A stretch of 64,000 bases of DNA from Lepidodermella squamata (Eukaryota; Animalia; Gastrotricha). How positions within the stretch are numbered: position 1 is the stretch's first letter; each line of letters begins with the position of its first letter. The stretch is taken from assembly GCA_047495785.1 (NCBI GenBank), contig JBLDXI010000085.1:239368-303367 (forward strand). The letters run 5' to 3'. The notes under the pieces were generated by a model. That model ran no database searches. It was not told where the DNA came from and saw only the letters and a list, made by a program, of their open reading frames with translations. Below, piece by piece: positions 49,802 to 62,400 of this stretch. The translations under genes were made by a program, and so were the position numbers.

Positions 49802-51280
49802 GGGCAGGCGTCGGTCTTAATTCATAACAAAACAATGCGATTTCATAGCGTTTTTCGAGCGTTTTCAAAAGCGTTCAGCATTCAAGAAAGTTAGCATTTA
49901 GCATTGGAAAAAATATTACTTGGGTAAAATTGACAGCAAATAATGTGACGAGGCATCCGTAAATTCTTCCCGATTATTTGACGATTTTATTGACTTTCTG
50001 CGCGGGCGGAAAAATGTGAAAAATTGCTACCAAGGGGATCGAAAAACGATTTTTCTATTCACCTGATTTAGACCGGATATATTTTATTTGGAGGAGGGCG
50101 GTACATTTGAAAAATGGGTAACGAAGCCAGCGAAATGGGATGCCTTCGTCCACGAATTTTTGATACCGGTTAGATACAATTTTTGGGCCGGCGGAAAAAT
50201 GTGAAAATTCCTATCTAAGACAGCGGCAGGCCGTGCCTCTACCCGCGGTTTTTCTCAATTTATAAATTCGGAATAGTGCATTTTCCTCATTTTGGCGCAT
50301 TATAGACTTCAGTACCTATTCTCACCGATTTACCGGGGAAACAAATAAGTTCACTGCGAGGAAACCACGACTAAAGCTCGATCGGAATTAATCGGGAATT
50401 ATCGGTATATTCAACTTAAGTGAAGTTAATCTGGATTCATCAGATTGTTCCTGCCAAAAAATGCCGGGGCGGCCTACGGCAATCTATATGAAAATTTCTG
50501 GAATATATCGGAGAAAAGTCCGAGAAATTTTTCAGTAACCCTGGAATTTCAAAAATAAAATACCGAATTTTGCAGAATTTTCATTAAAGCTATCAACGAA
50601 TAAATTCTGAAATTTAGGGCATGCATGCTGCTGAAATTAGACAAATTATGAGTGTTTTCGATGCAAATGTTTTGCAAATGGCAACTCAAAGATCCCGAAC
50701 ATTTTTTTTCGATGACAAATGATATTTAATTAATCGGCTGATAATTTTGCCCATCAGGTAAAAATAAGCAAATTCTTACCAATTCATCGATGAGGCATGT
50801 TGACTAGATCTCGACGTATGATAGAGCCAGCGCCCTCATCAACCAATCATTCAATTGACATTCCTTCATCCCGAATCCCGAATAACACGCGATCCTCTTT
50901 CATGGGTTGCTTGGGCCGGTGGTGGCGCCGGTGGTTGGCGACCCTGGTGCTGTTTTGTCACGCTCGCCGTAGTCGTGCTGGCGCATTCTGTGGAGGCCAC
51001 GCTCGCTAATCACTGTGTTGAGCGCGAGAATGTAACACTTTCCAATCGACTCGAAAACTTGAAATGCGGCATCTGAAAATAAGAGAAAATAGCTTTGATG
51101 ACGTGGGTTTTTTCATGATGCAATGTTTGTCGGGAAGTCCGAAGTTCGAGATGCATACGAAAAGATCCATATTTTTCCCGAAAAAAACCCGAATTTTGTC
51201 CGAATTTTGTAGATGGTGAATAAAAAAGCTTCAACTTGCCTAGAAAAATCAATGGTCTTTCACAGAATTTTGGTCGGTCA
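49802..51280. repeat. Dispersed ~1.4-kb repeat, copy 1
   Basis: Collinear with ~54647-56010. Its GC-rich core recurs at ~51775-52134 plus 53244-53410 and at ~57560-58060. Confidence 0.85.
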
Positions 51281-52134
51281 TAGAAGGATAGAAAGCCAGG
51301 GATATTAAATAGGAAATAGGTGGTAATAATGCGCAGTTACGGTAAAAATGTATCTCTTCACACTTTTCAAAGCTGGACATATATTTTTGTAAACAAATTT
51401 GAAATTGTAATGAGAACTACGAAATCAGACGACGTAACCCCATTTTTTATGCGGAAAAGAGGGTGCAAATTATCTGATGAAATTTGGCAGGCACTGATCT
51501 TCCAATCGTAATACCGATTTTGGAACGCGAAGGAAATTGCTTTGAATGAGTCAAGAAATCGGAGGGCGACCTTCGTCAAAGAATTGAACCTCGATGCAAG
51601 GCCTTGCCGGCATCTATTCCTGTTTATAGCACGGCATTGAAACACCTTGGAATCCTAGAATCGTCCTTATTCAAGTCAACACACCTTTCGCCATTTGCTG
51701 GAAAATATAGAAAATACCCCAAACCCTATTTTTCACTTGCTACCGGTCAAATAAAAATTAAGTCTATTTTCTTCGATGCATTAATCAAAAAGGGAATCGG
51801 CTGATATTTTTGCCAATCAGATGAAAAAGGAATAAGAAAATTATTACCGATGGCTGGGACATGCTGACTGTATCTTGACGCTTGCTATGGGAGCCAGTTC
51901 ACTCGTCAACCTGTTATTCGATTAGCAATCCTTGTTACCCGCCTAACACGCCTCGAGTTGCTAAGGCTGGTGGTGGTGCCGGTTGTGGTCGACGCTGGTG
52001 TCGCTTTGTCACGCTCGCCGTGTTGACGCATACTACGATGGCTACGCTCGCGCGAGAATGTCCCACTTTCCAATCGACTCGACAATTTGAAAAATCATCT
52101 GAAAATAAGAAAATAGCTTTAATGACTTGGCTTT

Positions 52135-53243
52135 CCCCCGACGATGAAATTCTATTAGATAAAAATCCAAATTTAACGGAAATTACTCTCACCGAAATTA
52201 AAAATGCCATCGACCACATGAAAAACGGTAAAGCCCCGGGTATAGATGAAGTAAGACCCGAAATGATCAAAGCTCTGAGCGAGGCCAATATTGAATGGCT
52301 CAGGGAAATTTTGAATCGAGCTTGGATAGATAAGAGGGTCCCAGAAGAATGGTCAACGGCTATAATTACCCCAATTTATAAAAATAAAGGTGAGAAATCA
52401 AAATGCCAAAATTAACTAAACTACAGAATTTCTAAGGCAGGCAGTGTTTTCGGCGCCATGAATAAATTCATGTGCAACAAAAGTCAGGTTTCCATAGTTA
52501 CAAAACTTAAGGTACTGACATGTGTTATAATACCTACCATCATTTACGCCTGCGAATCGTGGAACATATCGATAGCCCAAGAAAATAGACTAAACACTAT
52601 AGAATATCGATGGCTTCGATCTATAGTAGGTGTCCACCTAATGGACTATATTCCAAATATAGACATTCGACTTGCGTTATGCGGAGGTCTCATTGAAGTG
52701 AGCCGCATTGTTGAAAAACAAAGGCTAAGATATCTAGGGCACATAATTAGGTCACGTGACTATGACGTAGAAGGACTAATACACAAAATATATATTTGGA
52801 CGCCTCCGCTTGGGTGGTTTGCACCCAGAGGTAGACCTCGAACCAGATGGATCAACGGAGTGCATAGAAGCTTAATTAAAGTAGGTCTTACTAAGGAAAT
52901 TCGCCGGAAAAAGAAAACCAATAAGAACAATAAGGTCAAGGATAAGAAAAATAAAGCCACCAAGAAACGAGAAAACAGAAAAAATCCCGGCGAAAAGGAT
53001 TTTGAGATCAAAATTATTCCCGATGTCCAACTAGCGGAATCGGTTTCTTTTGAAAAAGATGAATGGCGCATGGTTGTTAACTCGATTGAAAATTACGAAT
53101 TCTATACAAAAAGCAGAATCCTCGACTGTGGGGGTGGGTGAGGATCATTCTTCGCCTGCCTTCGCCCTCTTCAAAACCGGAAACGGTACACGACGCTCAG
53201 TCCCGAAGAGGATAAATAAAAACATTATTATTATTATATTATT
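52135..53243 (+). mobile_element. 5'-truncated, internally deleted RTE-like LINE
   Basis: 13-bp TSD ATGACTTGGCTTT at 52122-52134 and 53244-53256, and an (ATT)n tail. MKNGKAPGIDEV..PIYKNKG precedes RT and YACESW..RLRYLGHI..RGRPRTRW follows it; the RT core is absent. Confidence 0.92.
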
Positions 53244-54646
53244 ATGACTTGGCTTTTTCGCGATGTAATGAGAAGGTGGAGGCCCATACGAAAATTTTCA
53301 TAAATATCTCGCAAAGAAGCCGGAATTTCGTTCAACGTTGTGGACATTGTAAAATTTGAGACCTCTCATGTTAGCCGAAAAATTATGATCAGTCTTTCAT
53401 TCAATTTTTGTCAGTCATAATTCATCACTTGAATGGGAATATCAATTTTTAGGGAACTTGTGCCAATGAAAGTAAACCGATCAAGCCAATCTACCCGGGA
53501 AAAAAATATTCATGGGTCTGAATTATTTAATTGCGGCTAGATTATTTTTCGACGTTCATCAATTCTTTACATACGACATAATATTAGTATAGACTGTCTA
53601 CTCACGGGAAAAGGTGTTTAACGCCATGCCTATATGATTCTAAAATTCTAAAGGAAAAATTCTCGAAACCTTCCAATTATTCTAATTCTAAGGCTAATTA
53701 TTAGTGATCACCTTTCTCGAAATGTGTCCTAAAAACGACCGAGCGATGACAAAATGAAATACCGATTTGTTTCAAATTTGCAATTTTTGAAAATTCAAAA
53801 TGAAAATTTTCAAATTCAAGAAGCCTGAAAAAAACAGAGGAAATAATTACCGATGGGTCATTGATCGATGCCGACGAAAATTGGCGTCTGATATCACAGC
53901 CAGAATCTTGATCGTGTCGCCATTCGATTTCAAATCCGGCTGAGCAGAAAACTTGCGGACATAGGGGCCTGCTTCCGCTTTTGCGTTGCTAGGCCACACT
54001 GCGATTTGTGCCCACTTCGCCGATTTGTGCCCACTCTAGATGGCAACGATGTTGAGGTGGACAAGTCCCAATTTTCAACGGCGTCGGATAGCGACCCGCC
54101 ATCTATAAAGAACGATGAAAAACAATAAATTGGAAAAATCAACACAGAAAGTTCTTAATTTAAAGTGATTGTAGACAGAGTATCGATGCTCCAAGGCTAA
54201 CATTAGGTCTTCAAATTGTATAAAATCTACCTTAGATGGCATCTGAACTCATGTCTTATTAAAAAAAAACAGCGAGCGGAAAAAAATAGTTCGATTTCAT
54301 CTAAGATCTAATTAAGGTATGCAGCTCTTCACGGCTTTTTTCATAGCGAAGTTGGTAGCTTTCTAATATTTCAAAGTTTCGCAGGAAATGTGAACATTTT
54401 TCTAAATTATTCGACCTCTCATTAACCCCCAGCCACGTCCTTGATCCGTAATTTCACCGAAGAAATAACAAAATTTACCAGGGAAAACCGGGAAAAAGCT
54501 TCACTATAAAAAAAAGTTCGCTATTTAGCACGGCCGGTTATTTAGGATAAAAATTACAACAATTCCGAATTGCTAAATATCAGAAAACTATTTAGAATAA
54601 TCGCGGGTTATTTATCCTGAGTAACATAGGGAAAAATGGAGTTTAG

Positions 54647-56010
54647 GGTGTCCAAAATAGTCGGTCTCAATTCATAACAATACAATTCGATTTCAAGGCG
54701 TTCAGAAAGTTGGCATTTAACACTGAAAACATATTATTAGGGGAAAATTGACCGCAAAAAGGTGAGCATAAAATCCGTAAATTATTCCCGATTATTTGAA
54801 GTTCATATTTATATTTCTGAGCGGGCGGAAAAAAGTGAAAAATTGATAGCGAGAGGATCGAATGAGGATGTCTTTATTCACGAATTTTCCTGATTTTGGA
54901 CCCGGTCTATTTTATTGAGAGGGCGGTAAACTTGAAAAAAACTTGAAAAAGGGGTACCACAGCCAGCGAAATGAGAAGCCTTCGTTCACAGAATATTTGA
55001 TTTTTGACGGGTTAGATTAATTTTTTGGACTGGTGGAAAAATTTGAAAAATTCATAGCAAAGACAGCGGCATGCCATACCTCTACCGGCGATTTTTCTCA
55101 ATTGATAAATTCGGAATAAACTCATTTTCCTAATACTGACGCATAATAGCCTTCAGTACCTGTTCTCAATGATTTACCGGGGAAACAAACAAGACAACTG
55201 AGGAAACCGCGACTAAAACTCGATCGGAATTAATCGGAAATTACGTCTATGGTTTTTCAATCAACTTAATCTGGTTTCATCGGATTGTTCCTGTAAAAAA
55301 TTTCTGGGCGACCTTCGGTGATCTATACACAAATTTCGGAAATCAATCGGAGAAACGCCCGTAACCCTGGAATTTTAATAATAAATAGCTGAATTTTCGC
55401 TAAACTTTCATTAAAGCTATCAAGGAATAAATTCTGAAATTTCGGGCATGCATGCCGCTGAAATTAGACCATTAAAAAATTATGAGTGTTTTCGATGCAA
55501 ATGGTAACTCAAAGATCTAGCACATTTTTTTCGATGATAAATGATAATTAAAAAGGTAATCGGCTGCTAATTTTGCCCATCAGGTAAATTTAAGCAAATT
55601 CTTACCAATTCATCGATGAGGCATGTTGACTAGATCTCGACGTATGATAGAGCCAGCGCCCTCGTCAACCAGTCATTCAATTAACATTCCTGCTACCCGA
55701 ATAACACGCGATCCTCTTTCATGGGTTACTTGGGCCGGTGGTGGCGCCGGTGGTTGGCGACCCTGGTGCTGTTGTCACGCTCGCCGTAGTCGTGCTGGCG
55801 CATTCTGTGGAGGCAACGTTCGCAGTTCACTGTGTTGCGCGCGAGAATGTAACACTTTTCAATCGACTCGGAAAATTGAAATGCGGCATCTGAAAATAAG
55901 AGAAAATAGGTTTAATTACGTGGGATTTTTCATGATGGAATTTTAGTCGAGAAGTCCGAAGTTCGAGATTCGAGATGCATACGAAAAGTTCCATATTTTT
56001 CTCGCAAATT
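54647..56010. repeat. Dispersed ~1.4-kb repeat, copy 2
   Basis: Matches 49802-51180, e.g. the shared atgttgactagatctcgacgtatgatagagccagcgccc. Confidence 0.85.
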
Positions 56011-56144
56011 GAGTGGAATTTTTTCAAATTGAGTGGCATTTTCCGCGTGAAGCCACAATTTTAAATTTATATCTGAAATATTATTTAAGCGGAATGTTCC
56101 GCACAACTTTTATTGTAGAGAGGATTTTTTCGCACGAGAGATCA

Positions 56145-57076
56145 CCATAGAGCTAGTTTTAAGATAGAGGTCCTACTCCTGACTAAGCCTGTAAACGCCA
56201 TGGGCGCCGGATGGATGAATCAGCGTCGAGTGGTTGGAAAAGTAAACAAATCAGGTGAGTTTCGATCGCTCGTTATTCGTAAACGATTGATTACAATCAA
56301 TCATACCCGGCGGTTCGAGATGGCTCTTGAAACGACGAGCACATTGATTATTTTTCCGAAATTTAAATATTTTTTGAAATGGGAAAAATCGCATAAAAAG
56401 GAAATTAATCAATAATAAAACATGACAGCTGCGAAATTTAAGCGTATTTCTAACGGACCAGGTAGTTCTGATCAAGCTCCACATTTCAGTGCTTAGAGAG
56501 CTTGGACGAATTTTTCCTGATTTTCTGGAATTTTTTTATTAGTTGAATGAATGGCTTTTCACTGCATTCGAACTCCGTTCCAGCTCCGGACTCAACTCAG
56601 CCACACGTGGCGCACAAGCTGTCAAGAAAGATTCTGGATTGAATCCAACGGGCAATCTCGATTTTTATAATGTAAATCCAAGCAGAATAATTTATAAAAT
56701 TATAGAAAATCAGAAAAAAATCGTCCAAGCTCGCCCCAAGCATCAAAATAGAGTGTGATCAGGATATAACCCACTAAATTCGAAACATGCTTCAATTTCG
56801 ATTTTCGATCTAATTATTAGTTAATTTCCATTTATTCGAAATCAAATAATTGTTTTTACCTGCTCTAAATTTCTGCTTTACCTGCTCTAAATTTCTCTGA
56901 AAATTTCGAAAAAATAATCGCAGTGTTCCCCATTTGAAGCGCTATCTGGTACCACCAAATTTTTCGTCAAGGAAATTACCATATGAATTAGACATCGGGA
57001 ATAAAAAAATCGCCTGATTTGTTTACTTTTCAAACAAGTCAGGAGTAGGACCTCTATCTTAAAAATAGCTCTATGG
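56145..57076. mobile_element. Non-autonomous DNA element with 40-bp TIRs and 6-bp TSD
   Basis: TIR CCATAGAGCTA(G/T)TTTTAAGATAGAGGTCCTACTCCTGACT; AGATCA at 56139-56144 and 57077-57082. Confidence 0.9.
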
Positions 57077-57559
57077 AGATCACAGACAAAAATAGTTTGT
57101 TAATCATCGCAACACCACTCTAAGCAAGCTAACGCGTTAAGGTGGATCTATTTTAACGCCTGCAAATGCCTTCGGACATAACGTTAGTCTGACGGGGAAA
57201 TGTGTGAATAACGGCAGAAAATACCTGGTTTTTGAATAGTCAAGAATTATCAAGCCTTAGTCGAAAGATTCCTGGAAATGCTTTTGGAAAATGCCAAAAT
57301 AATTCCTGAAACTCAGCCCATCCAAGACTTATCAACCGTAAAACCAAGCATTTATTACACGTTAACGAGACGTTAGGAAAATTCCTCTACATTATAGCCA
57401 TAATTAAGCGTTAGATCAGGGCGACCTTAACGCCTAGACAAGTCATCCGGCGTTAGCACGAATTTACGCGCAAAATTCCCATCACTCATTATTCCATGCG
57501 GAAATAATACGTGCGCAAAATTCCACTGAACGAATATACCGTGCGGATCTACCTCTGAA

Positions 57560-58060
57560 TCTGATAAGTTTGCCAATCAGATGAAAAACGAATAAGGAAA
57601 TTCTTACCGATTCATGGATGGCACATGCTGATTGGATCTCGACGCATGACATCGGAGCCAGTTCCCTCGTCAACCCGAGCAATCCTTGTTACTAGGATAA
57701 CACGCTCTCGTCTTTCTCGAGTTGCAAGGGCCAGTGGTTGTCGACATTGGTTTTGTTATGTCACGCTCGCCGTAGTCGTATTGATGCACGGTGCGAAGGC
57801 CACGCTCGCAGGTAGGTGCTGAGCGCGAGAATGTCCCACTTTTCAATCGACTCGAATAATTGAAAAATCATCTGAAAATAAGACAAAACAGCTATATATA
57901 AAATGATATAGGCTGTTTCGTGAATTAATACTAATTGAGAAGTTCGAGACTCATACGAAAATGTCCATAATTTTCTGGCAAAGAAACCGGAATTTCGTCC
58001 GGATTTTGTGGACCAGCCACAAAGGTATGACTGGTCTTTCATTAAATTTTTGTCGGCCCT
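57560..58060. repeat. Diverged partial copy of the dispersed repeat
   Basis: Shares gccaatcagatgaaaa..gtcacgctcgccgtagtcg..gcgagaatgtcccacttt..caatcgactcga with the other copies. Confidence 0.8.
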
Positions 58061-58609
58061 GATTATCCCTCAAATCAAACTAAAATCGAAACTTCTTAGG
58101 CTAGATTATATTTTCGGCGTTCATCAATTCTGAACATGGGCGCTAGATCGTCTGCTGATTTATCTATTTCTTGAAGGCTTAAAATCGAAAAAATCAAAAT
58201 TCCAACCGTCGATTGGCGATAATGGCCAGAGTATAAAAAACCAAATGTCATCAGATAGATATCTTCAGGAGGAACACGGTGATATTTTTTCCGCAATTTG
58301 AATAATAAAGGAACTGATCAAATATTAGGAAATTTTTTGCATTCCGAAATAAACCATGGCAACAGCTTCCAAAAGTTAAATAGAACAACGTTTTCAGGAA
58401 ATTTGATTTTTCATACCAAAAGCTAATAAAAATCCACGATGAGAAATTGAAGTATAACTAGGTCATTTTCCTTCATTTTGTTTTATTTGTTCCATCAACT
58501 GCCAAAACAATACTCCACAATTTTAGACTGAAACGTTGCTAACTAAATAATCTCAGACATCGATGTTAGGGCCAAAAATCACCTGGCCATTCCTAACAAT
58601 TTCACCAGT

Positions 58610-58613
<4 letters not shown>

Positions 58614-58642
<29 letters not shown>

Positions 58643-58841
58643 GTTTCATTTAGCCTCTCCTAGACTGTACGTCCTTATACCGTTTCCGGTTTTGAAGAGG
58701 GCGAAGGTAGGCAAAGATTGAAGATTGATCCTTACCCACCCCCACAGTTGAAGATTCTGCTTTTTCCGAAAAATTCATAATTTTCAACAATCATGCGCTA
58801 TTCATCTTTTTCAAAGGATGCGAGTTCAGCTAATTGTAAAG
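58614..58841 (-). mobile_element. Short 3' fragment of the same RTE-like LINE family
   Basis: Reverse complement matches ~53030-53243 and includes an (ATT)n tail. CCAGTTGAA at 58605-58613 and 58842-58850 is a likely TSD. Confidence 0.85.
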
Positions 58842-59225
58842 CCAGTTGAAAAAACTAAACTAAAATTCGGAAAATAACTAAAACAAGACATTTTTACTAA
58901 ATTTCTAAATTTGAGGGGGCATCTCACGCTGAAAAATGGCTCCGGAAAAACAGTGATACTCTTGATACTTTGTCTGATTTCGGAAAAAAATCGTTTCAAT
59001 ATTTCACTGTAAGGCTAGGTGAAAACTGCGCTTCAGTTTCAACATAAATTTTCGATAAAATGTCAGTTGAATCGTTAATTTGTAATGTCGTCGAACCGAC
59101 TTGACCCCTCAACCCTGGGCTACTATTTGGGATGAGCAGCAACTGGGGTACTTATGGATCAAATCGTGAATTTCTAGAAAATGAAACTTTCAAGAAAGAA
59201 AAATTAGAAATCAAAAACTGATTTA

Positions 59226-59457
59226 CCGTAGAGCGGTACAATTTTGAACAGGGTACAACTTTGAACATTTTTTCAAAAGTACAATTTTGAACGAACGTTT
59301 GCATTGAAAAAAATGAAAGTGTTCAAAATTGTACTATCGTGAGTGTGAAGTACAATTTTGAACATTAACGAAATTTTCAATGCAAACGTTCGTTCAAAAT
59401 TGTACTTTTGAAAAAATGTTCAACTTTGTACTTGTTCAAAATTGTACCGCTCTACGG
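59226..59457. mobile_element. Palindromic (foldback) MITE with TA TSD
   Basis: CCGTAGAGCGGTACAATTTTGAACA.. / ..TGTTCAAAATTGTACCGCTCTACGG; almost the whole length is self-complementary. Repeated GTACAATTTTGAAC; TA on both sides. Confidence 0.9.
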
Positions 59458-62400
59458 TATATTTTTCGCATTTTTCAAATTTTAGGAAAATCATTATCAC
59501 AGTGTTGGAATTTATTTTCGGTAAAAATGCGAAACCATGCTCAGCAGAGGTTTACAAAAATTTCTCACCCTGAAATCGCGCTTAGACATCGACAAACCCG
59601 AATCGAATTTTTTATAAAATTTCCCGATATAGGAGAAAATATTTTCAACTTTTCTAACCTTTGTGAATGGTTCCAGGAGTGATTCGGCTTGTGATCACTG
59701 CATTCTGAGCTGAATCAGTTCGAGAATTCCAGAAGAAATCATTTCTTTCCAGCGATAACGAGATGCGAAATAGCGACCGATCTGACAAAACATCGGGACA
59801 ATAGCATTCGATCGGCAGGCTATTTCGAAAATGAGATGCCGTCAAAGTACGCGATAAGCGATTGCAACAAGTTGAGTTTAACAGATGCACAGTGTTGTAG
59901 CCAGCGCCTCCTGGCTACCAGCCGTTCGATTCGAAATTTTTCAGCAGGAATTTGAACGCATATTTGATTCGGGGAGCAGATTTTCGGACTGATGATCACT
60001 CCATCAAGGCGACGGATGCACGAAAACCGCGGCGCCTTAACAACAGCCGGATGAAGGAATGAAACATTAAGGACCGTCAGATTCAAGAATCTAATAAAAA
60101 ATGAAAAAAATGAAAAAAAAGTTAGAAAAAATGAAATAATTCCGGTTAGCAAAAATATATCCCAGGATATGTAAACTAAATACTTTATAGCTGAATTACC
60201 CATGGAGTTACAAAAACTCCTGCTTTTTCAACTCATTTCTTTCTTTATGATTAAAACGGTGATAACCAATCGGGAAGTCTCAATATTTATTCGCGAATAT
60301 TCCTAGGCATTACCTGGATTTGATAAGAATTTTTCTTAGATGAAGCATGACGGGAACAAATGAGATTTTCCTACTTTGGGTCAAAAAACAGCAAGACGTG
60401 GCGCTTATTCTCTTGAATTTTATAAACAATAGCTCAACTGAAATGTGCTCTCAGATTTTTGCCCTCGTAGATTCTTTGCTGCAAAATTCGAAAATTTTTT
60501 ATGGGCGAATCTTGAAATGCTAGACCGTGATTTATGGAATGTTGGCGTTCAAAATTAGTGGCCTATACTGTCCCTCCGGATTCGATTACCATCAGCCAAA
60601 TCATGCGCAAATTAAATTTACCTGCTCCGAGCAATTAATCAAGTATCATCAATGCTGGTTGCAAAATTAAAAGTCATAAGCCTTTGGACGCCCAATGATG
60701 GGGCAATATTTTATTAACCATGCCACACAAATATTTCATTTCTAACGCAAGCCAAGTCTGAACTGATATCAAAAATAATCCGAAATTTGATTGAACACGA
60801 TTGTTGGAATTATCCAATAATTCAATCCGAGCAATCCGACATGTAGTCGCGGTGAGGCGAAGTTGATGAGCGACTGGTTAGAGCAACAGCATTAACGGCA
60901 GCTACAAATAATTCATTCAGGTGGGTCATCTGAGTGGGTAAAAGTTACCCGCATTAGGTAGCAGTCGCATTGCAGCACTGCATTGCAGCAAAGAGGTGAG
61001 TGTAGAGACGTTGCATCAAAAGCTGCCTAACGATTTCGAGAAATTAATAGAAAATAGAAAATAATGCAGAAATGAAGGAATAAAATCGCTAATATGGAAC
61101 GCTTTCCTCTGTTGTGTAACAGGGGTTTTATGAAACTAAGTCGAGAACAATCTGATCTTGCGTCATCTCCGAGCCACAATGATCTCCATTACTTACATTT
61201 TCATGCACGCTATACAAATTAAGGACGCGAGCGGTCTGAGAACAAAAAATTGCGGGAATATAAAAAAATACCGGAAAATTGAAATAAAATAACAAAATGC
61301 AGGTGATCATCGGCGATCAACACAACGCTCCGGCGAATTTCCAGATACCAGTTCAATCATGGCTATTCACTAGGCTGACTACTTCTTAAATTGATAAATG
61401 TACTAATATAACAGATGAAAAATTGGAAAAATCGAAAAACCAACGAAACATGAAATTCTGTTCACCTTAGCTATCGCGAAATTACCCGCGAGTAAACGGG
61501 CTCCATCGGGTGCACCGATAATTGCAGCAGAAGAAATTACGAATTTGACACGAATTATATTTCGATGTTATCAATAAATTCCCATGTCGCAAAAATTCCT
61601 CAATATTTTCAGGGAAAAATCCGGGAAAAAAGTGATAGCTCGGAAATTCTGTCTCACAACAAAATGGGTAATGATTTGATTTGATTCTTCCCCCCACCTC
61701 AATCCTGTGGAAGCAGAAGGTAAAACGTACCAAGTATTAGCAGCCAGGCAAGCAGTGACCGATGAAGGACAAATAATGCCGAAAATTGGGGCAGCCACGG
61801 GCGGGAGTGAATAACACAATAATAATTAAATGCTAATCTGGTGGTCTAGAACAACAAAAAAATTAAAACTCAAAAATTATCGAAATATTTAATATTTTAA
61901 TGGAAATCTACGGATGCTGAAATTGCATAGCGCAGGAGGTCGACGAGGAAAATCGGTTCTTTCTACACGCACACACAAACAAACATCATGACCTGACAAG
62001 TAATAAAACAGCAGTAATAAAACGAGTGCGCGGATTATTACACCTTTTACGGCGGCATAATTAGGTCACGGCCTCAACGTATGACCTGGTCAGCTGCGGC
62101 GGCTGGCAGCAGAAATTATCCGTGGATCAAATGGGATGAGCTATGACATGAAGACCAAAAACGTCAGCAAAGCCACGTAGAAAAAATGGCAAATTTTGAA
62201 AAAAATTCAAAAAAATTTCTTTTAAAATAGCATGTAACAATTTCAGCTGCAAGCGTGAAAGGCAATTAATTTTACGTGGACCCCCGAAGCAATGCAACTG
62301 TCGGAGGCTGAAGCAATTTAACATGTCCGTTGAAAATTTTTCGCAAAAACCGCGATAAAATATACAAATAATTTATAGTTCTAAATAAAATAATGGTTAA

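Noticed and set aside
50797-51076. Repeated short ORFs MLTRSRRMIEPAPSS.. (also 55623 and 57625)
   Set aside because: They lie in a dispersed repeat and copies differ by frameshifts, so there is no sign of coding constraint.
59226-59457. CRISPR-like spaced repeats
   Set aside because: Eukaryotic context; the repeats form an inverted foldback with a TA TSD and there are no cas genes.
59650-62130. Scattered exon-like segments with splice signals on both strands, possibly 5' exons of the LDL-A gene
   Set aside because: No consistent frame, strand or domain could be assembled without transcript data.
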